IMG/VR virus record: IMGVR_UViG_3300021420_000025 | Direction: 5' to 3' (one strand) | Source: an uncultured virus (IMG/VR IMGVR_UViG_3300021420_000025) | Lineage: Duplodnaviria > Heunggongvirae > Uroviricota > Caudoviricetes | DNA: 64,000 nucleotides | Part shown: positions 18,544-27,641 of the stretch, piece by piece | Layout of the letters: every line of letters begins with the position of its first letter | Position numbering within the stretch: the stretch's first letter is position 1 | The notes under the pieces: model-generated | What the model saw: only the letters and a program-made list of their open reading frames with translations | Told to the model about the DNA's origin: nothing | The model's database searches: none | Made by a program: the position numbers and the translations under genes

Positions 18544-19119
18544 TTAGGCCGTCAACGCGCGTTGCAGTGTCGCCAGCGGCACGCCAAGGGCCCGCGAACA
18601 CGCGCGCACGCTCGCACCCTCCCCGAGCATCCTTCGCGCCGTTTCGACGTCGACCACGCGCGTTTTAGGGCGCCCGATGGTCTTGCCGGAGGCGCGCGCG
18701 CGCGCGATTCCCGCTTTGGTGCGTTCGATGAGGCGCGCGCGTTCTTGCTCAGCCACCCATGAGAAGATCGCAAGCAGAAGTCCGCGCGTTGGCCCGGCGG
18801 TGTCGAGCCACGGTTCGCGTACGCTCACGACCGCCACACCCGCGTGATCGAGCGCGGTGACGTCTTGCAAGTTGCCCATCATCGAACGACCAAAGCGATC
18901 GATCGCCCACACGACAAGCACATCGAATTTCCCCGCGGCCGCGTCGGCCATCATGGCTTCGAACGTCGGGCGCCGTTTCGCCGCGGAGATCATTTCCTCG
19001 TAGACCAACGGGTCGGAGCTTCCGCGGAGCGCGGCGAGCGCCCGGCACTCGGGCGCCTGGTTGCTCGTCGTCTGGCTGCCGTCGTCTTTGCTCACGCGCA
19101 TGTAAATCGCGACGGCCAT
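18544..19119 (-). CDS. Small serine recombinase (resolvase/invertase) with C-terminal HTH
   Basis: IYMRVS catalytic Ser motif; VVWAIDRFGRS; AEQERARLIERTKAGIARARASGKTIGRP; C-terminal HTH. Confidence 0.92.
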   Translation of the reverse strand: MAVAIYMRVSKDDGSQTTSNQAPECRALAALRGSSDPLVYEEMISAAKRRPTFEAMMADAAAGKFDVLVVWAIDRFGRSMMGNLQDVTALDHAGVAVVSVREPWLDTAGPTRGLLLAIFSWVAEQERARLIERTKAGIARARASGKTIGRPKTRVVDVETARRMLGEGASVRACSRALGVPLATLQRALTA

Positions 19120-19619
19120 CAAGTGTCGAAGGCTACCCCGTCCGTGCGAGTGACTCAAAACCGGCCCGCAAAGCCCCCCGACTCGGTGAGGTCCGGTTGT
19201 GGGTCGCGCCGAGCGTCGCCCGAACGCCCGAACGCATGACATTTAGGCATTTAGGGGGTAGGCGCAGGTGCGCGTTCGGTGTCTGCGTACCGGAATTTGG
19301 ACATGCCGCAAGGGCACGTCACCTCCATCGTGATTCGCGTGCGGCTTTGATTGCTGGGCAATGGGTACCCACTGCCGCTGACCGCGCGCGTTTCCTCGAA
19401 GCCGCTTGGCCAAACGACCTGCACGGTCGTTGATGCTGCAGGGGCCCAACTGCAATAGGGGCAAGCCCCACGAGTTTCATGGAACCGCGCATCGATCGCG
19501 CCGCTGACTTGACTGAAGATGAAAATCTCGGGCATGCAAGCGCGAACATGACAACGCTCACTAGCGAGCGCAAGTGAGTCGTTTCCGCCCCGGCCGAGCG
19601 CTTGCATTGCGACGCCCTC

Positions 19620-19850
19620 ATGGATTCACTCATCGGTCTCGTCGTCGCGCTCCTGATCGCGTGCCTGATTTTCTACATGCTCTATTGGCTGATCGGGCTC
19701 ATCGTCGCGGTCGCGCCCCCGCCCATGCAGGCGCCCGTGCGTCTCATCTTGACGATCCTGCTCGTGCTTTTTGCGATTTCGTTCTTGCTCGGCGAGGGCG
19801 GAGTGTGGGGAACGTGGGGGTACGGCTACCACTCGCATTGGAACCGCTGA
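19620..19850 (+). CDS. Small two-TM membrane protein
   Basis: Two strongly hydrophobic helices separated by PPPMQAP. Confidence 0.65.
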   Translation: MDSLIGLVVALLIACLIFYMLYWLIGLIVAVAPPPMQAPVRLILTILLVLFAISFLLGEGGVWGTWGYGYHSHWNR

Positions 19851-19918
19851 GCGCTGTGGCCTGCATGCGGCTTTCGCGGCCACCACGCGGCCACTGACAC
19901 GCGCGCTAGAATGCGCGG

Positions 19919-20155
19919 GTGGCCGCGGAGGACGATTTCTACAAGAATCCCGCCGACGGCCGTCCGCTCGTCGCGCGGCCGCGCACGGGCAAGCCCTCCA
20001 AGGCCATTCAGCCTTCGGAAGTGGCCTTCGCCCAGCGAAGCGCGCGCGACCTTCGCGCAAAGGGGTACTCCCCCGAACAAATCGCGCGGGGGCTCTGCGC
20101 GGCAATGGGCCGCACGGTCACGCCAGAGATGGTCGAAGGATGGCTAGGCCCTTGA
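19919..20155 (+). CDS. Hypothetical protein (possible HTH)
   Basis: LRAKGYSPEQIARGL pattern. Confidence 0.45.
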   Translation: MAAEDDFYKNPADGRPLVARPRTGKPSKAIQPSEVAFAQRSARDLRAKGYSPEQIARGLCAAMGRTVTPEMVEGWLGP

Positions 20156-20220
20156 GCTGGCTCGCGTTGGCGATCGCACTCGCAACGAGCCTCAACGTCG
20201 CCTGGCAATGGGATGCGTTG

Positions 20221-20895
20221 CTACGCGACGTTCGCATCGCCCGGGAAGACGCACACCGGGAAGCGCCCCAGTAGGTCGCCCTTCACCGCGTCGAGGTCGA
20301 CCGCGACGCCCCCGAGCCGCTGGTTGAACGGAAACTGCTGCTGCATGCACCAGCTACAAGTCGCCGGCGCCACCACGATGCTGCCGCTCTTCCAATACCG
20401 TACGACCTTGAGACCGTAGAGCCGCTCGGGCGTCAGATCCTTCGGCAAGCCATACCCGAAGTAGCCGCCGGGCATGAAACCGTCGCCGATCGCGACGTTG
20501 CACCACGCGGCGTCGTACGCGGCGCAATCGTCGGCGGTCGTGCCGACGGCCGGCCCCTCCATGTCGTAGAAGATCGTGCAGCCTTGCGGGACGCCGGCGT
20601 CGACCGCGGCGTCGCACGCCGCACGGCCGTCGGCCTCACCGTCCTTCGCGTTGGGCAGAAAGAGCCCCGCCTTGCGCGTGTGTTGCACGCACCCGATCGC
20701 GAGGCCCTCCGCAAGGCACGCTTCGAGCTCCACGACGTCGAGGTCTTCCCCGAGAAGGTTGCCGCTCAGCGGCACGTAGCGCATCGCGAAGTCGATTTCG
20801 GCTTTGCGCAAGTCGGCCGCGGAGAGCGCGGAGAGCTTGGTGTTGCAATCAACCCCGCGCATGCCGGCGGTGAGCGCGCGCACGACGGGATTCAA
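20221..20895 (-). CDS. DUF1906 / GH25-like glycoside hydrolase (putative endolysin)
   Basis: GVDCN, FAMRY, GEADGRAA...AGVPQGCTIFYDME, GGYFG, W.MQQ, VAVDLD motifs; TTG start overlapping the upstream stop. Confidence 0.8.
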   Translation of the reverse strand: MNPVVRALTAGMRGVDCNTKLSALSAADLRKAEIDFAMRYVPLSGNLLGEDLDVVELEACLAEGLAIGCVQHTRKAGLFLPNAKDGEADGRAACDAAVDAGVPQGCTIFYDMEGPAVGTTADDCAAYDAAWCNVAIGDGFMPGGYFGYGLPKDLTPERLYGLKVVRYWKSGSIVVAPATCSWCMQQQFPFNQRLGGVAVDLDAVKGDLLGRFPVCVFPGDANVA

Positions 20896-21488
20896 TTGAG
20901 CATCTCCTTCAAGGGGGCGCCCGTCAGCGCGACCATGTGCTCGTCCGAGACGCTGCCGACGGGCGCGCGGCCGTTCATCGCGCGGACGAACGACTCGCAG
21001 AGAGGGTAGCGGTGGCCGATGATTTCGAGCTCGTCGTCGTACGCGACGGGGCCGTGGCAGTACGGGCAGCGACCGCGCTGGACGCTCATCGATCGTCCCT
21101 GTCGCGATCGCGCCCCTCGCCCCCAAGCATTTCGTCGATGCGTTCGCTCGCCACGGAGAAGCGATCTTCCACTTGCTTGGCGATCGTGCGCCCATCGCGA
21201 AGAACGCTCTTCATCGCCGACGCGGCCGCGCGCCCGCCGATGCGCCCAAACCCGATCAAAATCTGGCGCGAGAGCTCGTGGAGAACTTGTTTAGCCATCG
21301 GCTTTGGGGAATTTGAGGTCTTCGTTCACGTCGACCGCGACGTCAACCGCCGCGATCGAGGCCTGCGTCGCGGCCGCGGCGTTCTTTTGATCGATCGCGT
21401 CCTTGACCGCGTTGAAGAGGTCCCCGAGCTCCGGCAGCTCGGCGTCGAAGAGCTGCGCGACCGTGATCACATCGCCGAGGAGGCTCAT
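20892..21488 (-). other. Three small coupled ORFs (20892-21089, 21086-21298, 21291-21488)
   Basis: Overlapping start/stop codons in the lysis-type cluster. Confidence 0.5.
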
Positions 21489-22228
21489 TGGCTGTCTCCC
21501 TTCGCATCGGGGGCCGCAACGGGAGCCGCGTCGGATCCCGCATCGGTGAGGCAGTCTTCCGCGGCCGGCCACGCCTTGCACCATGTGACCATGTTGGTCT
21601 TGCGGCAGCTATCCGTAGTTGCGCGCGTCGACGCGTCCTCCACGCAAGCGTTCTGCTCTTGGAAGTGGAGCGCGATGTCCGCCGGGCCGGGGAGCGACAC
21701 GGCCGGCGCGCATCCGCTCGCGAGAAGGGCGAACGCCGGCAGGGCGAGCCGCGTCTTCGTGGGCAGACTGGGCGTCGGCTCGACGAGAGTCGGGCTCGAC
21801 TCCGACGTCGAAGGCACGCTGGTGACGGTGATGCTCGGCCCGGGGCCCACGGTCGCCTTCAAGCCGCCGCCTGGGCCCTTGTGGCCCTCGATCTCGTCGA
21901 AGGCCATGACGATGAATTTGCCCCACCAGGGCGCCTTGGAAGGGCTCCCCCACATCGCCACGAGGACTCCATCCAAGAAGCCGGTCGACGCGGCCCAGAC
22001 CAACGTGCTCATGATCACGGTGCCGGCGGGCAGCCCCGCTTGCACGCTCGCGACGGCGTTCACGAAGGCCGTCGCGGCCGCGACCACGACGGGTTGCCAG
22101 TCGACCGGCAACGTCACGGGGAAGGCACTCTTGTCGCTCAGCCACGTGCGGACGAGCAGCGAGAGCATCACGAGGCCGGGCATCCAATTGTGCGCCTCAA
22201 AGGCCTGCAGGAGAGCGTCAGGGGTCAT
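21485..22228 (-). CDS. Holin-like multi-TM protein with C-terminal lipobox-like Cys-rich tail
   Basis: Three N-terminal hydrophobic segments; later LPAFALLASGC and four further Cys; upstream of the endolysin candidate. Confidence 0.5.
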   Translation of the reverse strand: MTPDALLQAFEAHNWMPGLVMLSLLVRTWLSDKSAFPVTLPVDWQPVVVAAATAFVNAVASVQAGLPAGTVIMSTLVWAASTGFLDGVLVAMWGSPSKAPWWGKFIVMAFDEIEGHKGPGGGLKATVGPGPSITVTSVPSTSESSPTLVEPTPSLPTKTRLALPAFALLASGCAPAVSLPGPADIALHFQEQNACVEDASTRATTDSCRKTNMVTWCKAWPAAEDCLTDAGSDAAPVAAPDAKGDSQ

Positions 22229-22260
22229 GCTTTGCTCTCCACTCTACCGGAAACGGCGCC

Positions 22261-22662
22261 TTATTCGAGGATCGCGAGGAGCTCATCCTCATGGATAATC
22301 AGTAGCTCTTGCCCGTCGATCGTCACTTCCGATCCGCCGTATTTGTGGACGAGCACACGGTCACCCACTTTGACTTCAAGGGCGATGAGCTTGCCGTCGG
22401 GGAGCATCTTGCCGTGGCCGATCGCGAGCACCACGGCTTCGACGGGCTTCTCTTTGGCGTTCTCGGGAATGAAGATGCCGCCTTTGGACTGCTTCTCGGC
22501 CTCGATGCGGCGCACGACGACCTTGCTGTAGAGCGGGCGGATCGTGCGCTTGGGCATCTCCGCAGGCGTGAAGTGGAGGTCAGGGTGCTTCGGAGACTCG
22601 GAGCCGTGCGAGGAGGCTTCGTGCATGCGCGCTACCGTAAGAGCAAGCTCTTGCGAGGTCAA
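22261..22662 (-). CDS. groES: Co-chaperonin GroES (Cpn10); true start may be 22557
   Basis: IRPLYSKVVVRRIEAEKQSKGGIFIPENAKEKP...VKVGDRVLVHKYGGSEVTIDGQELLIIHEDELLAIL. Confidence 0.93.
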   Translation of the reverse strand: MTSQELALTVARMHEASSHGSESPKHPDLHFTPAEMPKRTIRPLYSKVVVRRIEAEKQSKGGIFIPENAKEKPVEAVVLAIGHGKMLPDGKLIALEVKVGDRVLVHKYGGSEVTIDGQELLIIHEDELLAILE

Positions 22663-23018
22663 CCCCTTACGTAGTATTCACTTCGGCGTGACGCGCCTGC
22701 ATCTTACCGTCCGCAAGCGGGTCGATGCGGAGGGGCTCTACGTCGTGGCCAAACGCATCGGCATTGCGCCCGTGACACTTCGCGCCTTCTTGTTTGGCGC
22801 CCCGTGCCGCGCGGGCACCGTCGCGCAAATCAAAGCGGCCATGGAGAAGACGGCATGATGCCCGTACTCGTCCGAAGACGAGGCACGCACGCGCCGCCTG
22901 TTTGGCGGGTCGTTTGCCTTTACTGCGCGCGGTCGACGCTCTTGGCCGCGTGGCCCCAACAGGCACGTCGTCGACGCCGGTGCTGCTCGTGCGCCATGAA
23001 GGCGCGTCACGCCCGGAG

Positions 23019-23279
23019 CTAATCGTCGTCGGGCGCTGGCGGAACGGGGGTCCGCAATTTTTCCAAATACTCCGCCAGCTCCGCGTCGAGGCCCGCGCCG
23101 CGCTCTTCGACCCCTTCGACAATCGACTCGAGTTTGTTGCGGTAGGCCGTCACGGCCGGATGGTGGCCCGACAGGGAACGCTTCTCGAGCGGCGGCGGCA
23201 TCGTCGGCTTGGGCGCGGGGATGGAATCGCCGCGCGGCCCGGTCGCCTCGCCCATCGGTCCGGTCGACTCAGGTTCCAC
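23019..23279 (-). CDS. Hypothetical protein
   Basis: Coupled to the upstream ORF. Confidence 0.45.
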   Translation of the reverse strand: MEPESTGPMGEATGPRGDSIPAPKPTMPPPLEKRSLSGHHPAVTAYRNKLESIVEGVEERGAGLDAELAEYLEKLRTPVPPAPDDD

Positions 23280-23547
23280 GACGTCCTGGCCAAAGCTTTT
23301 TCATCTCGTCGAAAATCGCCGCGAGTTTGTCGACCGCGGCGATGTGCTGCTCTTGAAGACGCATGGCGATGTCCGTGAGCGCCTTCGAGTCGGCGATGCG
23401 CGCGTCTTTCTCGCGTTGGAGCGCCCGATCCTTGAAGACGTAGCCCGTGAGGACCATCGCCAAAATCAGCCCGAGAATGCCATGCTCGCCGACCTTCTCG
23501 ATGAAGACGTCCAAAGGCTTAGCCCCGCGGGGCGGTGGGCGGATCAC
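23269..23547 (-). CDS. Single-TM holin-like small protein
   Basis: GILGLILAMVLTGYVF TM followed by a coiled-coil tail. Confidence 0.55.
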   Translation of the reverse strand: MIRPPPRGAKPLDVFIEKVGEHGILGLILAMVLTGYVFKDRALQREKDARIADSKALTDIAMRLQEQHIAAVDKLAAIFDEMKKLWPGRRGT

Positions 23548-23827
23548 CCTCCGCGTCTTCTGCGGGGTCCTCGACGCGCAGATCGACCGCCGCCGTAAGC
23601 GATTCGATCGCCCGGTCCATGTGGCGAAGTACCTCGATCGTGGCGGTTTCGAACTCCTGCTGTCGCATCACGATCGAGCCGTACGCTTGCGCCATTGCCA
23701 TCCATGCGCTCATCGCCTGCTCCACGGTGGGGTTGGCCGGGGGGGCGACCAACGCGGGTAACTCGAGCGCCGCAATACGTTCGAGGCGGTGGATGCCATT
23801 GGGTCGAACGGTCCGGCGGCCGGGCAT
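23519..23827 (-). CDS. Hypothetical protein
   Basis: In operon register. Confidence 0.45.
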   Translation of the reverse strand: MPGRRTVRPNGIHRLERIAALELPALVAPPANPTVEQAMSAWMAMAQAYGSIVMRQQEFETATIEVLRHMDRAIESLTAAVDLRVEDPAEDAEGDPPTAPRG

Positions 23828-23831
23828 GTTG

Positions 23832-24686
23832 TCAGCGGTAGGCGTGCCGTCCGTGGTGGACAGGCCGTCGGTGGATGATGCGGAAGCCCTTTTTCTTTTT
23901 GGCATAGATCGCGAGGCCGATGAGCCCGGCGGCTGCAACTCCTGCGATGGCGAGCGGTACAAGATCGGTGCCGGCGATGGAGGCGCTCGAGGAACTCGGC
24001 GCGCTGCCTGGCACGACGGTGGGGCTTACATTGAGCTGCCCTGCGCTGCTCGAGGCCGCGGCGACGCATCCCGCGGGCGCCGTCGCGCCGGTGAGCCCAA
24101 TGGGGCTCGGAAGCCCATTGATCGCCTGTTGCAAAGCGGCTTGCGTGAGCGCGCCGTAGAGCCCGTCGACCGTGAGCGCAGGGGTTCCACCGGCGGCGTT
24201 GTAGGCGCTCTGGAAATCCGAAACGGGCTGGGAAAATGCCTGTTGGCAGCCGGCCGAATTGAGGTTGCTCATGAGGGCCGACGCGGTCACGCCGAGTTGC
24301 GTGTCGTTCACGTTCAAGTCGCCCATGCCGACGCGTGTCGGCAGGCCCGCGACGCCCGCGCCCGTGAGCGCGATGCCGGCCCACATGATCGCGTAGGTCA
24401 ACCACTGCTTGCGGTACGCCATCGAGACAGGCGATGTGGACGTCGAGGTCCGCTCGGCCTGCCGCACGTACGCAGCCACTTGCGCGGCGGCGGTCGTGTT
24501 GATGCCCACGACCGCGGCGATCGCGAGTTTGCCCGCGCGGGCGATGTCCATGGGCGATTGCGCCGTGTTGACGATGTTTTGGGCCGTGGCCAAAGCGCCG
24601 CGGCGCGAGAAGGTGGTTTGGCCATAGCCCGTCCCCACGGGAGCCGGGCCGCCTCCGACGCGTCGGGGAGCGAGTGTGGTTTTCAT
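23832..24686 (-). CDS. Membrane protein with peptidoglycan-binding (PG_binding_1-like) domain
   Basis: FQSAYN...LTVDGLYGALTQAALQ motif; C-terminal TM followed by a basic tail; RVGMG motif. Confidence 0.75.
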   Translation of the reverse strand: MKTTLAPRRVGGGPAPVGTGYGQTTFSRRGALATAQNIVNTAQSPMDIARAGKLAIAAVVGINTTAAAQVAAYVRQAERTSTSTSPVSMAYRKQWLTYAIMWAGIALTGAGVAGLPTRVGMGDLNVNDTQLGVTASALMSNLNSAGCQQAFSQPVSDFQSAYNAAGGTPALTVDGLYGALTQAALQQAINGLPSPIGLTGATAPAGCVAAASSSAGQLNVSPTVVPGSAPSSSSASIAGTDLVPLAIAGVAAAGLIGLAIYAKKKKGFRIIHRRPVHHGRHAYR

Positions 24687-25204
24687 GATCGTTTCCTATT
24701 CTTCTTTCGTCGGCGTGGGTTTCTCTTCCGAAGGGCCCGGGGAGCAGCGGCCGTTGAAGTGGATACAGTGTACGCGATAGCGCCTCCCACAAGGAGAGCT
24801 CCGCCGACGATCCAAAGTACGGCGCTCGAACTGACCGCCGGCGTCGCTGTGGTGGTGGGCGTCGAGGCCGCGGCGACCGCGGTGACGGGCGGCGCGGGGG
24901 TCCCGGCCGGAACAGGCGCCAACGTCGCGGGAGCGGTCGTTGTGGCGGTCGGTGGCGTCGAGGTGTCTGTCGTGGGCGTGGACGTGTCGGGGGTCGACGT
25001 GTCGGGGGTCGACGTGTCCGGCGTGGCGGCGGGGGCAGGAGGCGCGGGGGGGTTGGTCAGCGCCGTCGCGCCTTGGGACGCCGCGTTGGCGGCATTCGCG
25101 AACGCCTGCGCGGCCGCTTCGTTTTCGGCGGCAATGTCTTCGGTGGTCTGGTTGGAGCCGAGCGCCCCCGAATCGCCTCCGAGATTGAATGCCGGTTGGG
25201 TCAT
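24683..25204 (-). CDS. Pro/Thr-rich membrane-anchored protein with basic NP tail
   Basis: PDTST x3 repeats; C-terminal TM; RKRNPRRRKKNRKRS. Confidence 0.7.
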   Translation of the reverse strand: MTQPAFNLGGDSGALGSNQTTEDIAAENEAAAQAFANAANAASQGATALTNPPAPPAPAATPDTSTPDTSTPDTSTPTTDTSTPPTATTTAPATLAPVPAGTPAPPVTAVAAASTPTTTATPAVSSSAVLWIVGGALLVGGAIAYTVSTSTAAAPRALRKRNPRRRKKNRKRS

Positions 25205-26091
25205 GGCGTCGCCTTCGGTTCGGGCGTTCGTGGCGCGTCGGACCCGCCGATGTCGTCTTCGAAGACGAGGGCGCCGTAGATGCGCCAGTAGATCGGCCCC
25301 TTGAAGGGCGCGTCGCCCCCGCCGGTGGTCCAATCCGCGATGAAGACTTCCTCGGGGATGATCCCGGTCTGGCTGTACGTCGTGGGGATCGTCAGGTTCG
25401 TGCGCGTCGCGGGGTTGGTCTGCAACACCGAAGCGTAGAGCGAGATGCGGCAGGTCCCGTCGATCACTTCGTCGAGCGTCGACCACGCGTGGTTCGCTTT
25501 CCAGCGAAAGCGCACGTCATGGAAGTCGCCCAGGCCCGAAATGGAGAGCCAATCGTGCGGCGTCGGCGGGGGCGTGTACGCCGTCAGGCCCACGTTGTAA
25601 TAGGCCGGCGCGCCCGTGACGGGATCGACGTTCGTGTTCGTGAACGTCTTGTAGAGCATCGCGGAGCCGTCGCTCTCGAGGTAGCTCCACGCGGGCGCGT
25701 TCGTGCTCGGCGTCGTGACGACGCGATGGCCGACGGTTTCCTTGACGAGATGCCAAGAGATGTTGCCGTCGGGGAAATGGAACGTCGGGGTTTGAATTTC
25801 CATTTCGACGGGCCGCACGGGAGGCGTGCCTCCATTGGCGTCCACGCCGAGCGTCACGCCTTGCCGAATGCCGATAAGACGGGTCGGGGCGCCACCCGCA
25901 ATCGTGCGCGTCGCGAGGCAGAAGCGGTAGCGCGGCTGCGCGAGCGGGGTCGTGTAGCCCGGCAACACCGGAGGGACGCGAAGGCCGGTGGTTTGCGGAA
26001 GGCCCGAACCGATGGGATCCGACGTGAGGCCTTGCAAGGCCTCGTCGATTCCCGTGGTCGCTACTTCAATCCTCCGCTTGTCCTTGCGCAC
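25201..26091 (-). CDS. Putative virion structural protein (beta-rich)
   Basis: Beta-strand-rich and located in the structural operon; no TM. Confidence 0.55.
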   Translation of the reverse strand: MRKDKRRIEVATTGIDEALQGLTSDPIGSGLPQTTGLRVPPVLPGYTTPLAQPRYRFCLATRTIAGGAPTRLIGIRQGVTLGVDANGGTPPVRPVEMEIQTPTFHFPDGNISWHLVKETVGHRVVTTPSTNAPAWSYLESDGSAMLYKTFTNTNVDPVTGAPAYYNVGLTAYTPPPTPHDWLSISGLGDFHDVRFRWKANHAWSTLDEVIDGTCRISLYASVLQTNPATRTNLTIPTTYSQTGIIPEEVFIADWTTGGGDAPFKGPIYWRIYGALVFEDDIGGSDAPRTPEPKATP

Positions 26092-26121
26092 ATTCTCATC
26101 CTACTCTTTTCGAGCGCGAAA

Positions 26122-26427
26122 TTAGGCGGTTGTGCCCGCCGCGAGCTGCGGTGCGACGTACTTTTGGTACGTCATGAGGCCGACGACGCCGGCGGCGATG
26201 CCGAGCGTCACCAGGAAGATGTCCCCGCTCGTGGGGTTCTTCTGGCGTCTGCGGCGTCGGCGTCTCATGGGATTGCGTATTCCTTGTTTCAGATCACGAA
26301 TTTCGTGCTTGATCGCTTGCACACGGCGAAGGTTGGCCTTCGTGGGGTCCGCGTCGTAACGGCGCTCGCGCTCCCGAAGAATTTCTTCGAGATTGGCGAG
26401 TTGGATGTCGTAGGCGGAGCGGGCCAT
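26122..26427 (-). CDS. Small Arg-rich NP-motif membrane protein
   Basis: IRNPMRRRRRRRQKNPTSG followed by a TM. Confidence 0.7.
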   Translation of the reverse strand: MARSAYDIQLANLEEILRERERRYDADPTKANLRRVQAIKHEIRDLKQGIRNPMRRRRRRRQKNPTSGDIFLVTLGIAAGVVGLMTYQKYVAPQLAAGTTA

Positions 26428-26431
26428 CGCA

Positions 26432-26677
26432 TCACGAGGTCCCCGTCGTTTGCAGGCCGCTCAACTGCTGTTGCAACGCGGCGGCTTGCGCTTGTTGATC
26501 GGGCGTCAACGTCGAAGCTGGCGCAGACGCGGCAGGCGTGCCCGCCGGAACGGGCGGCGACGTGGGCGAAGGCAACGTCGAAGCGCTCGCGAGGGCGCTC
26601 GTGGCCATCGCGTTGTTCACGACGTAGAGCACGCCGAGGCCGCCGGCGGCGAGCGCAACCCACTGCCACGTTTTCAT
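26432..26677 (-). CDS. Small N-terminally anchored membrane protein
   Basis: MKTWQWVALAAGGLGVLYVV. Confidence 0.7.
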   Translation of the reverse strand: MKTWQWVALAAGGLGVLYVVNNAMATSALASASTLPSPTSPPVPAGTPAASAPASTLTPDQQAQAAALQQQLSGLQTTGTS

Positions 26678-26680
26678 CGC

Positions 26681-27154
26681 TTAGCCGTACCGCCGCATGG
26701 GGTAGACGTTCTGGCGCGGGAATCCGGACGTCCCCGTGCTCGTGGAGGTCGTGATCGGGTTGCCGTTCGCATCAACCGGGTTGCCGTTCGCATCGGTCTG
26801 CACGGGATTGCCGCTCGAGTCGGTCGTCGAGGGCGTCGCGGTTCCGTTCTGTTGCAATGCCTGAATCTGCTGTTGCAGTTGCGCGATCGTGTTCTGTACG
26901 TCGCTCAAAGAAGGCGCGGTGACCGTCGGTGTGGGGGTCCCGGCCGCGATCGCGGGCGTCGGCGTCACCGGCGTCGCCACGGGCGTCGTCGCCGGTGTGG
27001 AGGCCGTGATCGTCGTGGTGCTCGTCGTGGTGGTGCTTGCGACCGACGGCGCGATGTACGTCTGGTAAATGAGGGTCCCCGCGACCCCGGCGCCGGCCGC
27101 GAGAGCCAAGCCCGCCCATTCAGGCAACGGATTGCTGCGTCTCCGCCTGCTCAT
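26681..27154 (-). CDS. Arg-rich NP-motif membrane protein
   Basis: AAGGAG RBS; MSRRRRSNPLP followed by a TM; Thr-rich; DANGNPV repeats. Confidence 0.75.
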   Translation of the reverse strand: MSRRRRSNPLPEWAGLALAAGAGVAGTLIYQTYIAPSVASTTTTSTTTITASTPATTPVATPVTPTPAIAAGTPTPTVTAPSLSDVQNTIAQLQQQIQALQQNGTATPSTTDSSGNPVQTDANGNPVDANGNPITTSTSTGTSGFPRQNVYPMRRYG

Positions 27155-27165
27155 CGAAGGTCTCC

Positions 27166-27366
27166 TTAGCCGGTGGCTGCGGGTGTCGTCGTGAGCGTGG
27201 GCAGCGTCGGCGTGGTGACGCTGACCGTTTGGGTCGCGGGCGCCGTGGCGGCCATGTTCTTGAGGTAGAGATACATCGCCAGGCCCCCGCCGGTCGCGCC
27301 GATGAGGATCGGCATCCAATCGGTCTTGTTTACGGGGTTGCGTCGTCGTCTGCGTCGTCGGGCCAT
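27166..27366 (-). CDS. Small Arg-rich NP-motif membrane protein
   Basis: AAGGA RBS; MARRRRRRRNPVN followed by a TM. Confidence 0.75.
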   Translation of the reverse strand: MARRRRRRRNPVNKTDWMPILIGATGGGLAMYLYLKNMAATAPATQTVSVTTPTLPTLTTTPAATG

Positions 27367-27383
27367 GAGGATGTTCCTTTGAT

Positions 27384-27641
27384 TTATGCGTTTGCCGCGG
27401 TGGCGTTTTGGCTGGCGGTGTCCGCCGCGGTGGCGAAGGCCTTGTTGGCCGCTTGCCCGCCGGGCGTCAGATTCGCGGCGGCCGTCGCGGCGGCGCCGGA
27501 GGCGGCTTGGCTCTTCGTCCAGAGGTAGTAGCCCACCCCGCCGACGACGCCGACCAGGCCCAAGAGCAGAAGGGTGTCGGTCCCCGAGGGGTTCTGCTTG
27601 CGCGCGCGCCGTCGGCGCCTCTTGATACGCCTTTTTGTCAT
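27384..27641 (-). CDS. Small Arg-rich NP-motif membrane protein
   Basis: MTKRRIKRRRRRARKQNPSG followed by a TM. Confidence 0.75.
   Translation of the reverse strand: MTKRRIKRRRRRARKQNPSGTDTLLLLGLVGVVGGVGYYLWTKSQAASGAAATAAANLTPGGQAANKAFATAADTASQNATAANA

Noticed and set aside
18544..19119. Integrase marking a prophage boundary
   Set aside because: Only ~191 aa with a resolvase-type HTH; virus-like genes continue on both sides and no host housekeeping region is visible.
24975..25020. 15-bp tandem repeat as a regulatory element
   Set aside because: It encodes in-frame PDTST linker repeats.
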